A DNA stretch of 63,153 nt, the filler included, from Halocafeteria seosinensis (Eukaryota): assembly GCA_001687465.1 (NCBI GenBank). It is 5 parts of 5 records of this genome, joined end to end, with 100 filler letters (N's around TTAATTAATTAA, not from the genome) between each part and the next. Parts side by side here need not be neighbours in the genome. Positions count along the whole stretch, not along the records: positions 1 to 17,609 come from LVLI01000025.1; 4 more parts are not named here. One strand, given 5' to 3'. The translations under genes and the position numbers were made by a program. Below are positions 1 to 13,636 of the stretch, piece after piece; within the stretch, counting starts at the first letter, position 1; each line of letters opens with the position of its first letter. The notes under the pieces were generated by a model that saw only the letters and a list, made by a program, of their open reading frames with translations, made no database searches and had not been told where the DNA came from.

Positions 1-818
1 CAAGGAAAGGGCCTGCTGGACTGCTTCCTGGCATACGGATGAAGCAGCAGAGCAACCTTCCTTCCTTCCTTCCTTCCTGGCTATGGGGTCGGGGGGACCG
101 ACCTTCACATCACCTGTTTTGTTTGGTGATTGGTTGGTTGGTTGATGATGCTCGAAAACGAATGCACAAGCATACTGTTGTTGTACAACGGTAGACGGAG
201 TGGGGTGGAGTGGTTGAACCGACCCAATCCATGCATGTACATGCATACAAAACGTGTACAGGGCATTGGCTTGCTAGACAAGTACAGTACAATACAGCCT
301 GAGAAGTCAGTCCTGGATTCTCCCACGAAAGAAAGGAGTTGAAATATGTATTCAACTCGTTTGGATGTATTGTGACGAAGGGATTCAATAAAGAAGAAAG
401 GAACCCACGGAAGACAGCCCCCGAAGTGTAGATTGTCTTGATGGCAACCACTGAGCCGGACCCAGGAAGCGATCCTGGAAAGCACCAAAATCAAGACAAT
501 TCCGTATTCAACTTGCCAAGTGACCACATTACAGAACATGCTCTTCGATGGCATCCCAACGAATATGCTTCTCTAATGGTTCGAGAAGGCAATTTCTTTA
601 GAAGAGTTCTCCCGTTGCTACCGGCTGGACACTTGGAGTTCTCAGTGAAGGCCTCAAACGGAAGAGATGAAGTCTCAATCCGTAACCTAGCTCCTCATGA
701 TGGAGCTAATGTCTGAATATGGGAAGAAGCCGGTGAAACGAACCAGACAACAGTCGACAACGAGGAACCTTACTGCATCTCAGCAGAACCATGCAGGCAC
801 TGGAGAGGAATGTCGCGG

Positions 819-930
819 AACTATCGGCACGTGAGGAATGCGCTGGCCGGGAAACCATGTTCATGGGTGCTACTTGGTATTGTTCTGGCAAAGAACCCGC
901 CAATGAGTAACGCGAGAGTACTTCGACTTG
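819..930. repeat. Dispersed ~110-bp repeat, with further copies at ~1340-1452 and, more diverged, ~4582-4670
   Basis: AACTATCGGCACGTGAGGAATGCGCTGG...CATGGGTGCTACTTGGTA...GAGTAACGCGAGAGTACTTCGACT recurs in direct orientation. Confidence 0.8.
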
Positions 931-2334
931 AGGGTAAGGCAAGCAGATGAAATCACGCTCGGAGAACAGAATCTGTATTACGCCATGTTTGCGCAACGAT
1001 GAATTTGTGCCTTCCAATAATTCTGCAGTGTGGTTCGATCCCTCCGAAATTCCTTGCCAGGGCAGTACAGTAGCTCGACATTCGAATATGCTTAATTTGG
1101 AGGAGATGTACTCCAAGCTACGCATAAGCAATTAAATTGGTATGGTACCGCCATCAGCCATCACTACAGTCGCACAATAAGAGTCTTGTCTAACACGAGA
1201 AAGTGGTGATATGGCTTACAGGTGACACATTAATCTTTATTACTAGAATAAACATGTGGTTTGCCCAAAGCACATCAAGACGAAGTGTACAAGTAGGGCT
1301 ACGAAATAGATGGTCGGAAACGATGAATCTCGACAGTTGAACTATCGGCACGTGAGGAATGCGCTGGGCGGGAAACCATGCTCATGGGTGCTACTTGGTA
1401 ATGTTGTGGCAAAACCCCGCCAATGAATGAGTAACGCGAGAGTACTTCGACTTTTTACAATAACGAGTGGAGAGCACTTACTGATGATTTGCCGATCATT
1501 TTGATACTAGCAAACGGAAACTTAAAAGCGGATAATCATCGCCCCTGGCCAAACTGTTCGAGTTATCTCAATCTCGGGAGCGGTAGTGCTAGGTTAGCAA
1601 AAACGCTCTCACTGTCGTTGTACGCAATAACTCCGGAGGAGGTCAGAAGTTGAATCGCGAAATGTTACGCACGAGGACAAAGCTATTGGTGTCGTTTGGA
1701 ATGGTAATAACCGATCTCGTGTGGGTCCAATGAGGTTAAATGGCAGCTGCCAACTTCCTGTTTGGGGTACCAGTTTAGACCTCCCAAGTACTATAGTGTG
1801 GCAACAGTGAATGGTCTTTTCTGACAATGACGGTCCAAAGAGAGTTACGTTCTCGAGAATCTGTGCTGTAACACTGCTACATGAAGTTTCCGCAACCCGT
1901 CATCGTGCGTTCTTCTTGGGAAGTGATAATCGACCTAGACCTACTGGTAGTGTTCCCCAAGGATGACGTTGCTAGAACAGTGGGCACCTACCTACCAAGT
2001 TGCTATAATTTTGAAGTCCTTCCGTTGATAACTTGCCACAGTGTCATGGGAGTACTGCCTTTCATATGAATCACTTGGGGTTCTTTGTCTGCGAGGAAGG
2101 TAGCAGCTGGCAGGAGATCTAATCTGTGGGAGTGAACGTGTGCACTGACTGCCGGACATGCTCTTGTAAGCAATGAACACTTATTTCATCTGAGGCAACG
2201 CACAGCGAATACGAACAACCGTAGACAAGTAGAGTTACACAGTCGTTTTTTATCCACGGCATTGAAGCATAACAGCATTGACAACGGATCGCGAAAGAAC
2301 GTGAAAAGTGGACGAAGTTCGAGTGCCTGAATCT

Positions 2335-4400
2335 GAGGTAAGTTTATGCTCCACACGGTGAAGTCACTTTTAATTCCATGACCATCACGATGACATACAC
2401 ACTACTTGAGGAAACTCCGGGAGAATCGAAGGGACACAGAAACAAAGAGGGCATTCGTCGAGAATGTACGGACGTGTATATGAAGCAATTGCCGGGGAGG
2501 AGTGTGGTTCGTTTACGTTAACATGAGAAGATGAATCGAATCGCAATAGAGTCGATACCTTCTCGCATCAGTTGCTGGGGTTTGCCACTGATCCAAGTGA
2601 TCCCTCTGGCCCAGTTATGGAAGTTAGTTCTGGCATCCACGGGGCTTCCCTCACAGGGCAAGGGATCAAACGGAAGTTTAGGATCTCAACCCTTGTTCTA
2701 CTTCCTAGTTCCTCACGGTGTTAGTGTACGCAAGGAACAAAAGTTGGAAAAGAGACAGGCGACTATCACGCGATAGATGATATTCCACAGTGTAGTTCTT
2801 CATTGCTTAAAGAGAGGATACGCCTGTTGCCTGTCAATAGAGGGAACGTTGAACAACGGTGACGAGAGAGGTGTGTCAGTCTTTTGAGCGAGCCAGTTGA
2901 GGCTTCAAGATATTTATTTACTGTGTCAGATGAGTAAGGCAGTGCACTTTTCTTCTTTTTCGAGACGTGAAAGAGGCAGACGGCAGCGGTTCCTTGATAG
3001 AGCATGGGAAGAGCCCCAACGTTGTCAACTCGAGACGACGTTACGGAAGCGAAACTAGGCAGAGGCATGCTTGTATACGCACTTGAGCGTTTTGAAACCG
3101 ACGTTGCCGCCAGTCGGCTGTGTGTCTCGTATTATAACAGGCCGATAGATGTACAGCTGCACAATTAAGGCCTTACTGGTTCGGCAGTACTACTTTGGTT
3201 TCCGTCAATGATGCCAAGGCTCCACTAATCCTCCGGAAGCTAGCTTGCCGGTTGAGTACGGAGTGATAGGGGTCTATGACAACCTGATAGACTCTGTGTT
3301 TCCTATAAAATCCAAGCATTAAAGCGCGTTTCAGGAGCATGAAGAACCGTCAGCCGAAGGAAGAGACGAGGGTCACTGCGCCGTCTGAGAAGAATAACGT
3401 GGTGTGTATGGGAGGATAATAAGTGTCAAGGAAATTCATAAGTAGCAGAAACAGCACCAAGGAGCGAGAGCGGCTCAAAAACAAGCCGAAAGAGACATGC
3501 CCGAGAGAAGAACACCTTCACTAGCCGAAAGTATTGTTCGATTGCTTAGCTAGGCTGTATGATTTGGCTGGCCGCGCCGTACAGGCTGGATCCGCGATGG
3601 GTAACGCTATGATTCGTAAAGATGAAGCGAAACTTGGAGTCCTCTATGTTCAGTAAATTACTACGAGACGAAATTCACACTGCGACGTTTGCCAACAAGG
3701 AGCCACTCGCATCGCTGTCGTCAAAGCTCTAAACAATATTTGAGACGAAAGATATTGTTTCCCCGTGAGCGATATACTTATCCGAAGGCTTCCCACTATT
3801 GCGATACTGCCGAACGGAAGTTGTATGGCAAAGGCTAGACGAGCAGTTAGAATCACGTTCGGAGATCAGAAGTAGTATTGGAAATTGTTGCACAACGACG
3901 GAATTGTGCCTGCCACGTTACAGACCCTCGCTATACAGGGCCTTTAGGAGTCTTACCTTCCGGAAAAAGAGATAGAGTGGGAGCTGACAAACTCGGATGA
4001 GGAAGGGCCAAGTAATCCCGGGGACAAGCCAGAGCATTAATCCGCAACCTGATGTTTCGAAAATGCATCAAAAGCATTTGTACTAGCTGCGAAAGGGTAA
4101 CGTCTACCACTATAAACCTAGGAAGTAGTCCAACGCATGGAGTGATGCTACATGATTGGCAGGTACTGGTTCTTAAGAAAGTGTCTACTAAAGACGAAAA
4201 GAAGATACGCAAGAATAAAGACCAGTCGCATGAAGGAGTTCTCTGATGATTCGGTAGATCAGCTATTGCAAAGATGATAACATAAAGCGAATTCACCCTC
4301 TGACATCAGTTGCATACCATGCTTATTTGGACTGAAGTATTTGAGTCCATGGAGAGCTGAAACAATCCTCCACCGTAATAAGATGCTAAAGAGAAGAACC
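2335..4400 (+). pseudogene. Degenerate repeat, possibly a Ty3/Gypsy-like pol remnant; inverted diverged copies of its parts lie at ~11610-13420
   Basis: Clear reverse-complement similarity (e.g. ORFs 3931..4296- and 12211..12555+ are near-identical). Broken frames give RNase H/integrase-like fragments (KEPLA..AVVKAL, VSDILIRR, CTSCER). The retroelement call is weak. Confidence 0.35.
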
Positions 4401-5373
4401 ACGCCTGAAAGCAGTATGGGCCGTACTTGTGAGCGAAGAATATTTCTCCCCAGCAAACGCCTTATTATGCGTATTCACTGGAGCTATTCCTCCTGACGAT
4501 CTGCTTGTCCCCTCTTCAAAGGCAAAAGCTCGAATTCACAAGCGAGCTATCCGTTATGGCCGGAAACGAGTTTAGAGCGTAGAACTATTGGCACGTGAAG
4601 AATTACGCTGGACGGGAAATGATGAAATGATGCCCATGGGTGGTACTTGATAAGTATCGTGGGCAAAGAAACCACTTTAATTGCATCACCCAACTATGCT
4701 GTTTCTCAGGAGCAATGAATGTGTACTGCGGGAGGACGTCGATTTTTCCGATGATGGCTTGTGAACAGTTGCTGACGGCGTGCCCACCATTTCCATGCTA
4801 GCAACTACAGATGTAAGCAGCGCCCCTTGGCGAACCGTCAGGAGTCATAGTCCTTTCGGGAAGTGCTAGGCTAGCAGGAAGAAAACCTTTCATCATTGCT
4901 TCTACAGGTGCGTCGCCATTGTTACTGCTACTAAGTCGCCGACGCCGCATCATAGTCCACCCATTCCGGGAAAGTTATAAGCGAGCTAGACCTACTGGTG
5001 GTGTTAGTTGAGGACGAGGCTACACTTGTACAATTGACGTTTCTCCGGGGGTTTTTAATCCACAGAATTATTTATTTCATTCCGAAAATAAGCCGTGGAT
5101 AAAGGTAGGGCTGAACGCTATAGTATGCAACTACTGAGTCCAACGAAGCCGAGCTTCATGTGCTTCCCAGATAAGTTGAAAGGCTCAGTGCAGATGAGCT
5201 TGTATCATATTGCATTAAATAAGAGTCAGAACTGCTGTCGGGTACATACTCAATTTAGGTAAGATTGTTAAGCTTTGAGTCCCGCTACTGCAAAAATATC
5301 ACTCCTTAACTATATTGGGCTACACCTCCACATTTCTCTGGATTCATTCCTTGAAATGCTTTGCCAAACATCT

Positions 5374-7222
5374 TCAGCCTTTAACCGTGCGCTTGGGTCT
5401 TTGGGCAGGCAGTACAATGACCTTGTCAGGCTGATTGTTTGGTTTACCCGTAACCGAAGCACTATTTGTTTCAGAAGGTGTCGGTATAGAGCTTCGTGTT
5501 GGAGTTGAGCTCGACGATGACGTTCCTATCATAGTCGGAGAACTAGTGGTAGAAGATGAAGCCGAGCTAGTGGATGTCCAAGTTGGACTGGCACTTGCGG
5601 TTCTTGACGGACTCTCCGATCTCGTGACCGTCGACGTGAGAGTGGACCTATGGGTTGGTGTCAAAGTTGGGGTGGAGCTTACCGTTCCAGTTGGAGTCCT
5701 CATTTGGCTGTGCGAGGACGATGACGATGACGATGGAGTGGCAGTCGCAGAGAGAGTAAAGCTGCTTGAAGGAGTCTCCGACCTTGTTGTTGTCGCTGGT
5801 GGCGTTGACATCGGTGAAGGAGTAGGACTCGCTGGTACTTGAAAGCGTAGAATTGGCAGCAGATCCTCTTCGTCGTCGTCACTTTTCCCTCTATTTAACG
5901 CCCATACGTCCTCAGACCACCCTCCCAGTTGATACAGTTGCCCCTGTATATCGTTCAAATCATCTGAATTGGCTGTCTCGACGAGATTAGTTCCATCATC
6001 CACTCCCACGATCGCCGCTGCTCCTTCACTGCTATTGTATACTGAGTATTTTACGTGAATAGTACCACTTGCACCATTCTCTATTTGTCCTATAATCCCA
6101 CCAGCATTCGTACCCGTGACTGTACCTGATGCATATGTATTGGTGATGTAGACATCCCCTGTAGCCCATGAGCAACACCCTCCTGTCTGGTATCCTGTAA
6201 TACAGTGTACCTCCTGCTCGGGTGCCACTAATATCTCCTCGTGTATAACAATCTACAATATGTACTTCACCCCCATCCTCTGCTGTATCCCTTCCACTCA
6301 TCCCTCCACTATAATCTGCAGATATTTGTCCCATACTATAACATTCCTTGATATACACGAATCCATTGGTAAGACCAGCATCACCACCCACAATACCACC
6401 ACTGTATTGACCACTAGGAATGATATCTCCTGTGGAATAGGAACGAGTTATATACACTGGACCATTCGAACGACCAGCAGCATTTCCACAAATACCGCCT
6501 GCATATTGTCCTTCAATAGTCCCAGTGGAATAACAATCCGTGATATACACTTGACCATTCGTACGCCCAGCACCATCCCCACAAATACCACCTGCCCATG
6601 ATCCTGCAATAGTTCCAGTGGAATAACAATCCGTGATATTGACAATTCCATGATTGTATCCTACTTGACGTCCTGCAATACCACCTGCACTATTACCCAG
6701 TATTCTCCCTGTCGAATACGAATTCGATATCTTGATTTGACCATGATTATGACCACTTCGCCAACCACATACACCACCACCTGAACCACCAGCAATATCT
6801 CCTGATGAACGACATGAATCTACGATAAAGAATTTCTGCTCTTGTTGGACAATAAATCCACCCTTAAATGCAGTTTTCCCATTCCTAACCTCAAGATTCC
6901 GAATCAAGGGAGCTTGATCAAATGATGCAACACTACCCAGTATAGTAAACAATCCTTCAAAGTCTGTTATTCCGTTCAGATCTATAAAGTTCCCATTTTG
7001 CCGACCACCATCAAATATCTCATTCGCATCCAACGAGATGTAGTCTTGGTTCGTATAGCCATGATCACCCCAAGCCAACACAATACAGTTCATTTCAAAC
7101 TGGTTTTCACTCGCACTATAATGAAAGCAGGATTCGTCACCGTTTAGAATCGCAGGTCGTAAATCTGCTGCTGCTACTACTTCGTTCAAAAGAATGCAAC
7201 CGAAAAACAATGTCACCAACAT
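5374..7222 (-). pseudogene. Secreted GLUG-motif repeat protein with Ser/Thr-rich stalk, frameshifted at ~6205
   Basis: Signal-peptide-like MLVTLFFGCILLNEVVAA; repeated I.DCYSTG.I.G..AGGICG (GLUG-type) units in ORF 6032..8248; continues in ORF 5374..6228 with an S/T/P tail; 7-bp insertion relative to the paralog at 10122-11440. Confidence 0.75.
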
Positions 7223-10121
7223 AACCGTCGTGAGTGACGAAATATGACTACTCGTACTTTGCAGTCCGTAAGCCAGAGACCCCTTTCCATGTGCTAGGAG
7301 TTTCATTCTCCTATTAGGGGATGGCCACGTTAGTGTCTCGATTGGAACTTTACATCGCAAGCGAGAAGCCTTTACCAAAGTGTTGCTGGAGACTGCCGAA
7401 AATTCTTCATCTCCCGGAGCTGTAAACTTCCAACTCAATGCTTGCAAAACCTGGACGGATGCGATCAGCAGGCCCAATACAACGAGCAGTGATGTCTCCT
7501 TTGGGACAGTCAAGGCGTGGAATCCAAGGTGTGTCATGTGACCACAAAAGCGAACTATCTCTCGGACTCTACGGGGTAAATTCATATCCCTCCTCGCTAT
7601 AGAGCTGGCAATCGTAAAAGCAGCACTTTCTCGTCCGCTGTTAACTAGCTTGTTCCACGGATGAACATAGTCGGTCGTTGGGTAATGAACTCTTGGATAC
7701 AAGTCATTTCTGACTTGGAGATGTACGTACGTCTCAGATGTTAGCAACCCATCGGAATGACCCACGAACTTGATCTCACTAGTACTCTTCCGCACCACGT
7801 TAATCGCTGCAACAAGATGCTTCATTGCAACTGAATCTTCCGGGAGAGTTATACTTAGACACTGCAACCTTCTTCCCGTATTTCCAAGTATGTAGTAGTC
7901 ACAAGATAACATCTTGCGGGTTCTTCCTCCTCGTGACCCCGCGCCAAACTGAACCAGCATCGGACGACAAGGGACATGGGTGCTACGAACCGAATAAGAT
8001 AAAGGCACGATACGAGCAGAGGAGGCAAAGCGACGCAACCTCTGACGAGCTCCATACACCAGGAAAGTATCACAATGAGAAGAGAATCCTACCGACACGC
8101 ATGGCTCACTGGGATTGGGACCGTCCGCTTGCTTTCGCTCCTTGTCGGATATCAAGCGAGGATGGACAGCAACGAAAGCAACCCCAATCAACGTCAGTGT
8201 CCATTGCAAGGTGAGCAAAGATGATATACGCTGTGTGGGTCGTGTCATGGTTACAGTATTAGCCTGAGAAAAAGGCGATGAATCACGCGCTACTTTTCCT
8301 TGCCCTTGTTCTTTCTGCCTCTAGTAGTAGACTAGAGTAGTAGCTGTCCGACAGCTTGGTATGGCTTCGGGAGAAAATCTCAGTTTAATTGACGAGCATC
8401 TGTTCCGGTCTTTGGTTTGTTCGTCAATACGGTACTCTACACAACTTTATAGTACAATGTAGAAAGCGCTGTAGCGCACGAGCGGAAAACATCCGCAGCG
8501 GCTCGGGTCACCGGAAGCCCGACTTGTTCAGCAGAGTTCCGACTGCGTTTTCTAAGAAACTTTTCTTAGGCCTTTGCGGTAAAAAAAGCCGTTTCTATGC
8601 AAATCTAACTGGTGAACGCCACTACGCTTGAGGGCCTTCACTCAAAGGTTGGAGGTAGATTCTGTACACACATTGGAATGATGAACTTGTACATCCACCA
8701 TCTTGAGGGCGGAAGTGTGGAATCCTTGGATTCTCGATGAAGAATTGAACAAAATCTTAGGGCTCATATTCGTAGCCCATTCAAGGTTATGGATACACTA
8801 CTGTGTGTTCGTGGTATGCTGTTGTATAGCAGTACCTGCCAAACTCATACGTATACTCTACCGGTATGCGACGGGATAATAATTTAAGACGACTACACTG
8901 TACGGTAGATGCAGCCAAAGCACTTGACTTTTAAGACACACCACAGACTGTTGACAATTGCAGGGCACAATTAAGACACTGCTTCTGCTCCTAATAACTC
9001 AAATAACCAAACTATAGATACGCAGGGCTAGCATTCCAGGAGGGTCGCCGCCGACACCCAGGAACAGCGTCTGCGAGAGCTGAACCTTTACGTCTCGCTG
9101 CGGAATTCCTTTCCAGCCGTTCCTAGCTTCAGTACCTCTAGCGCTGCTATATAGTGTATCAGAATCCTAATGTTCCAAATTCAGCATTCTGTCCCTACCC
9201 TCCCTGACAAGACCCAACTTCCCTTGAAGTCTCCTATGACTTCCGCTCTCTTCAAGAAAGGATCCATCCATCGTGAGTTCGAAAGCGGAATGCCTTCATC
9301 ATACTCTTATATGGCGTTCAAAACTTTGTGTTGTTACCGCTTGATGGCCCCTTACCAGTAGCAACAACTACGGCTTCGCTTCTGCAAGAGCTCCCGAGCA
9401 CGAGTAAAGTGCTGTTTCAGCTGGGGATACCTCAGGTAGCACTGATGCAGCCTCATTGCGGTTTACGAGTTCCTCAACTTGATCCAGTTTGCCCATACTC
9501 CGATGATACCTTGACCTCGCCGTACACTATGCTCTGCAATTTCACTTTGCACATTTTGCTGCTCAGATTGCTGGTATCAGTGGTAGGGGTTGCTCGATAC
9601 ATCGCTTGGAGCAAGCGTCGGGGTAGCCGTCGTCGTTGATACCTCGCGAAAGGCGCTCTGGTCAGCGCCAGTCCTGGTTGTCGTGCCTTTCTCAGAGCCT
9701 GGACTTTCGCTACCTCCTCGTCCTCACGCACTCTAAATGGAACATTCTACAGGGTATAATTACCCCGTACTTCCAGTTTAACAAACAGCGAAATATTTGC
9801 TCCTTGGGATCCAAGCCGATTCCCCATGCCGCTCAATCCCTGCTCACAGGGTATTAACTTTGAACAATCGGCAGAAAAGCATATCCACAAGTCCTCTACA
9901 ACGGTGACGGAAGGCCGAAGATCTAGATGATCTTATTCCGAGCTTCCAAGGTCTCTTTTGTTGTTTCCCATGCCACTTCGGGACAATCCGAGTCCGAGGA
10001 CGACCTTTTCCCATCGCGTTCCCACCTCCAGTTCGCAGTCGCAGCCATCTTGTCACCCTTCTTATGATATGGAGCTCTAAGTCCTCTCTTTCCTCATGAT
10101 ACTGGAGGCAGCTCAACCTAT

Positions 10122-11440
10122 ACATTGTTGGTAGCCAAGATGGCGGTATATGTGGTTATAAAAGTGGTCATAATCATGGTCAAATCAAGATATCGAATTC
10201 GTATTCGACAGGGAGGATACTGAGTCAGACTGCAGGAGGTATTGCAGGGGAACAAGTAGGATACAATCATGGGATTGTCAATATCACGGATTGTTATTCC
10301 ACTGGGACTATTGAAGGACAAGTTGCAGGTGGTATTTGTGGAAATGCTGCTGGGCGTAAGAATGGTCAAGTGTATATAACTCGTTCCTATTCCACAGGAG
10401 ATATCATTTCTAGTGGTCAACACAGTGGTGGTATAGTGGGTAGTAATGCTGGTGTTACCAATGGATTCGTGTATATCAAGGAATGTTATAGTATGGGACA
10501 AATATCTGCAGAATATAGTGGAGGGATTAGTGGGCCTGATACAGCAGACGATGGGGGTGAAGTACATGTCATAGACTGTTATACACAAGGAGATATTGGT
10601 GGCACCCAAGCAGGAGGTATTACAGGAGCAAACACAGGATGGCAATTTGGCCAAACCACAGGAGATGTATACATCACCAATACATATGCATCAGGTGCAG
10701 TGATTGGTAGGGGTATTGTAGGATCTATATTAAGTGGAGCGAGTGGTACTATTCACGTGAAGTATTCGGTATACAATGGAAATGGAGGAGCACCGATCGT
10801 AGGAGTGGATGATGGAACTAATCTCTTTGATACAAACAATTCAGATGAGTTGACGGACATACGGGGACAACTGTATCAACTGGGAGGGTGGTCGGACGAC
10901 GTATGGGCTTTAGATAGAGGAGCAAGTGACGACGACGAGGGGAATCTGCTGCCGATTCTCCGCTTTCAAGTGCCACCACCGTCATCTCCTACTCCCTCAT
11001 CCACGTCGACGCCATCAACGACAGCGACAAGGTCGGAGACTCCTTCAAGCAGCTTTACACGCTCTGCGAGGGTCACTCCATCGTCATCGTCATCGTCCTC
11101 GCACAGCCAAACAAGGACTCAAACTGGAACGGCAAGCCCCACGCCAACTTTGACACCAACCCAAAGTTCCACTTTCACGCTGACGGCCACGAGATCGGAG
11201 AGTCCGTCAAGTACTGCAAGTGCCAGCCCAACTTGGACATCTACTAGCTCGGCTTCATTTTTCACCACTAGTCCTCCGACTATGACAGGGACGTCATCTT
11301 CGACTTCAACTCCAACACGAAGCTCTATGCCGACAACTTCTGAAACAAAGAGCGCTTCGGTTGCGAGTAAATTAAACGAACATACTGACAGGGTCATTGT
11401 ACTGCCTGCTCAAAGATCCAAGCGCACAGTTAAAGGCTGA
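10122..11440 (+). CDS. Second, inverted, 5'-truncated copy of the GLUG-repeat/Ser-Thr-rich protein
   Basis: Frame is open from IVGSQDGGICGYKSGHNHGQIKISNSYSTG to ...VIVLPAQRSKRTVKG*; collinear with the 5374-6800 minus-strand copy; lacks the N-terminal signal region. Confidence 0.75.
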
Positions 11441-13636
11441 CGACGTTTGGCAAGACGTTCCAAGGAATGAATCAAGAGAAATGTTGAGGCATAGCCCAAT
11501 ATAGAAACTGAGTGGATATTGTTTACAGTAGCGGGACTCTATCGCGTGGTAGTCGCCTGTCACTTTTCCAACTCTGTCCCATTCATGCACCAACACCGTC
11601 ACGAACTAGAACACGGCTTAAGATCCTAAACTTCGTTTAATTCCTTGCCCTGTGAGGGAAGCCCCATGGATGTCAGAACAAACTACCATAGCAGGACCAG
11701 AGGGAGCATCTGGATCAGTGACAACCCCAAGCAACTGATGCGAGCGGGTCAACTCTGTTACGATTCCATTTATCTTCGCATGTTCACGTAAGCAAACCAC
11801 ACTCCTTCCCGGCGATTTCTTCACATACGTCCGAACATTTTCGACGAGTAACCTCTTTCTTTCTGTGTCCCTTCGATTCTCTCGTCGTTTCCTCAAGTAG
11901 TGTGCATGTCATCGTGACTGTCATGGAATTGAAACTGGCTTCATTGTGTGGAACATAAATTTAGCCGCATACTGCTTTCAGGCGGGCTTCTTCTCTTTAA
12001 CATCTTATTACAGCTCTTTGTTGCCTCCGATGCTCTTGCATAAGGGAGTCTCACATCCCTGTCTCTCGTTGTCCTGTTTGGCTAACGCTCTCTTCCGGTT
12101 CTTGGCATGCGCGTACACTGTTCGATGAGCATGTCGGAGGATTGTTTCAGTTCTCCATGGACTCAACTACTTCAGTCCAAATAAGCATGGTATGCAACTG
12201 ATGCAAGAGGGTGAATTTGCTTTATGTTATCATCTTTGCAATAGCTGATCTGGCGAATCATCAGAGAACTCCTTCATGCGACTGGTCTTTATTCTTGCGT
12301 ATCTTCTTTTCGTCTTCAGTAGACTCTTTCTTAAGTACCAGTACCTGCAAATCATGTAGCATCACTCCATGCGTTGGACTACTTCCTAGGTTTATAGTGG
12401 TAGACGTTGCCCTTTTGCAGCTAGGGCGATTGCTTCTGATGCATTTGCGAAACATCAGGTTGAGGATCAATGCTCTGGCTTGTCCCAGGGAATTGTTTGC
12501 CCTTCCTCATCCGAGGTTTGTCAGCTCCCACTCTATCTCTTTTTCCGGAAGATAACACTCCTAAAGTCCCTATGTAGGGAGGATCTGTAACGTGGCAGGC
12601 ACAATTCCGTTGCTGTGCAACAATTCTCAATACTTCCTCTGATCTCCGACCGTGATTCTAACTGCTCTCTAGCCTTTGCAATAATAACGATGGTTGGAAG
12701 GCTTTGCCTTAGCGGTGTCGTTCTTGGACATAGCACTTCCGTTCGGCAGTATCGCAATAGTGGGAACCCTTCGGATAAGTACATCGGTCACGGGGAAAGA
12801 ATGTCGTTCGTCCCAAACCATTGTTTAGAGCTTTGACGACAGCGATGCGAGTGGCTCTTTCTCGTAGTAGTTTACTGAGCGTAGAGGAACAACACCAAAT
12901 AATGCCATTAGATGTTTAGACCAATCTTCAAGAGCATACCGATCCCTGACATTCCTCCAATGTCCATTTCACCGTTATGAGTCATAGCATTTCCCATTGC
13001 GGAACCCACAATAGCTCAGAGTCCCAAAGACGGGCAAAAGCAAATCATCAAACCTAACAAAGCGATCGAATAATGCTCTCTCGGCTAGTGAAGACATTCT
13101 TTTCTCCGGCCATGTCTCTCTCGGTTTCGTTTCGAGCCGCTCTCGCTCGTTGGTGCAGTTTCTGCTACCTTTGAAGTTCATCGACATTTCTTATCTTACC
13201 ATACGCACCACGGTGTTATTTTCAAACGGCACATTCTCTTTCTCGGATGACGATTCTCAATACTCTCGAAGCGCACGTGAACGTTTGGATAAAATACAGT
13301 AGGGAACCCAGGGTGTATCAGGCTTTCGTAGACCCTTATCACTGCGTCCTCAACCGGCAGTCACGCTTCTAGAGCACTAATGGAGTCCTGGAATGATTGA
13401 CGGAAACGTAAGTAGCAATGACTTGATTGTGCGGCAATAAGCGTACCCTCTCTTCAAGTAATGAAGAACTACACTGTTCAATTGCCCGCTCCTTGGTCTC
13501 CACTCGAAGGCATGCTACGGTATGCTCATCAGGTATCAAAGTATGTACGTAGCGCTGTTCGATTTTGCACTTGTTGGGCTTCGTGCTACGTGTACGATAC
13601 AATTGGAGAATGTAACACCCCGACGATACGGCTGTA

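Noticed and set aside
7223..8248. Long N-terminal extension of the 738-aa ORF
   Set aside because: No recognisable domain. A signal-peptide-like start lies at 7222 (alternative 7306), so the extension is probably fortuitous open frame
8600..10120. Possible retroelement remnant truncating GLUG copy 2
   Set aside because: No convincing protein motif could be read in any frame
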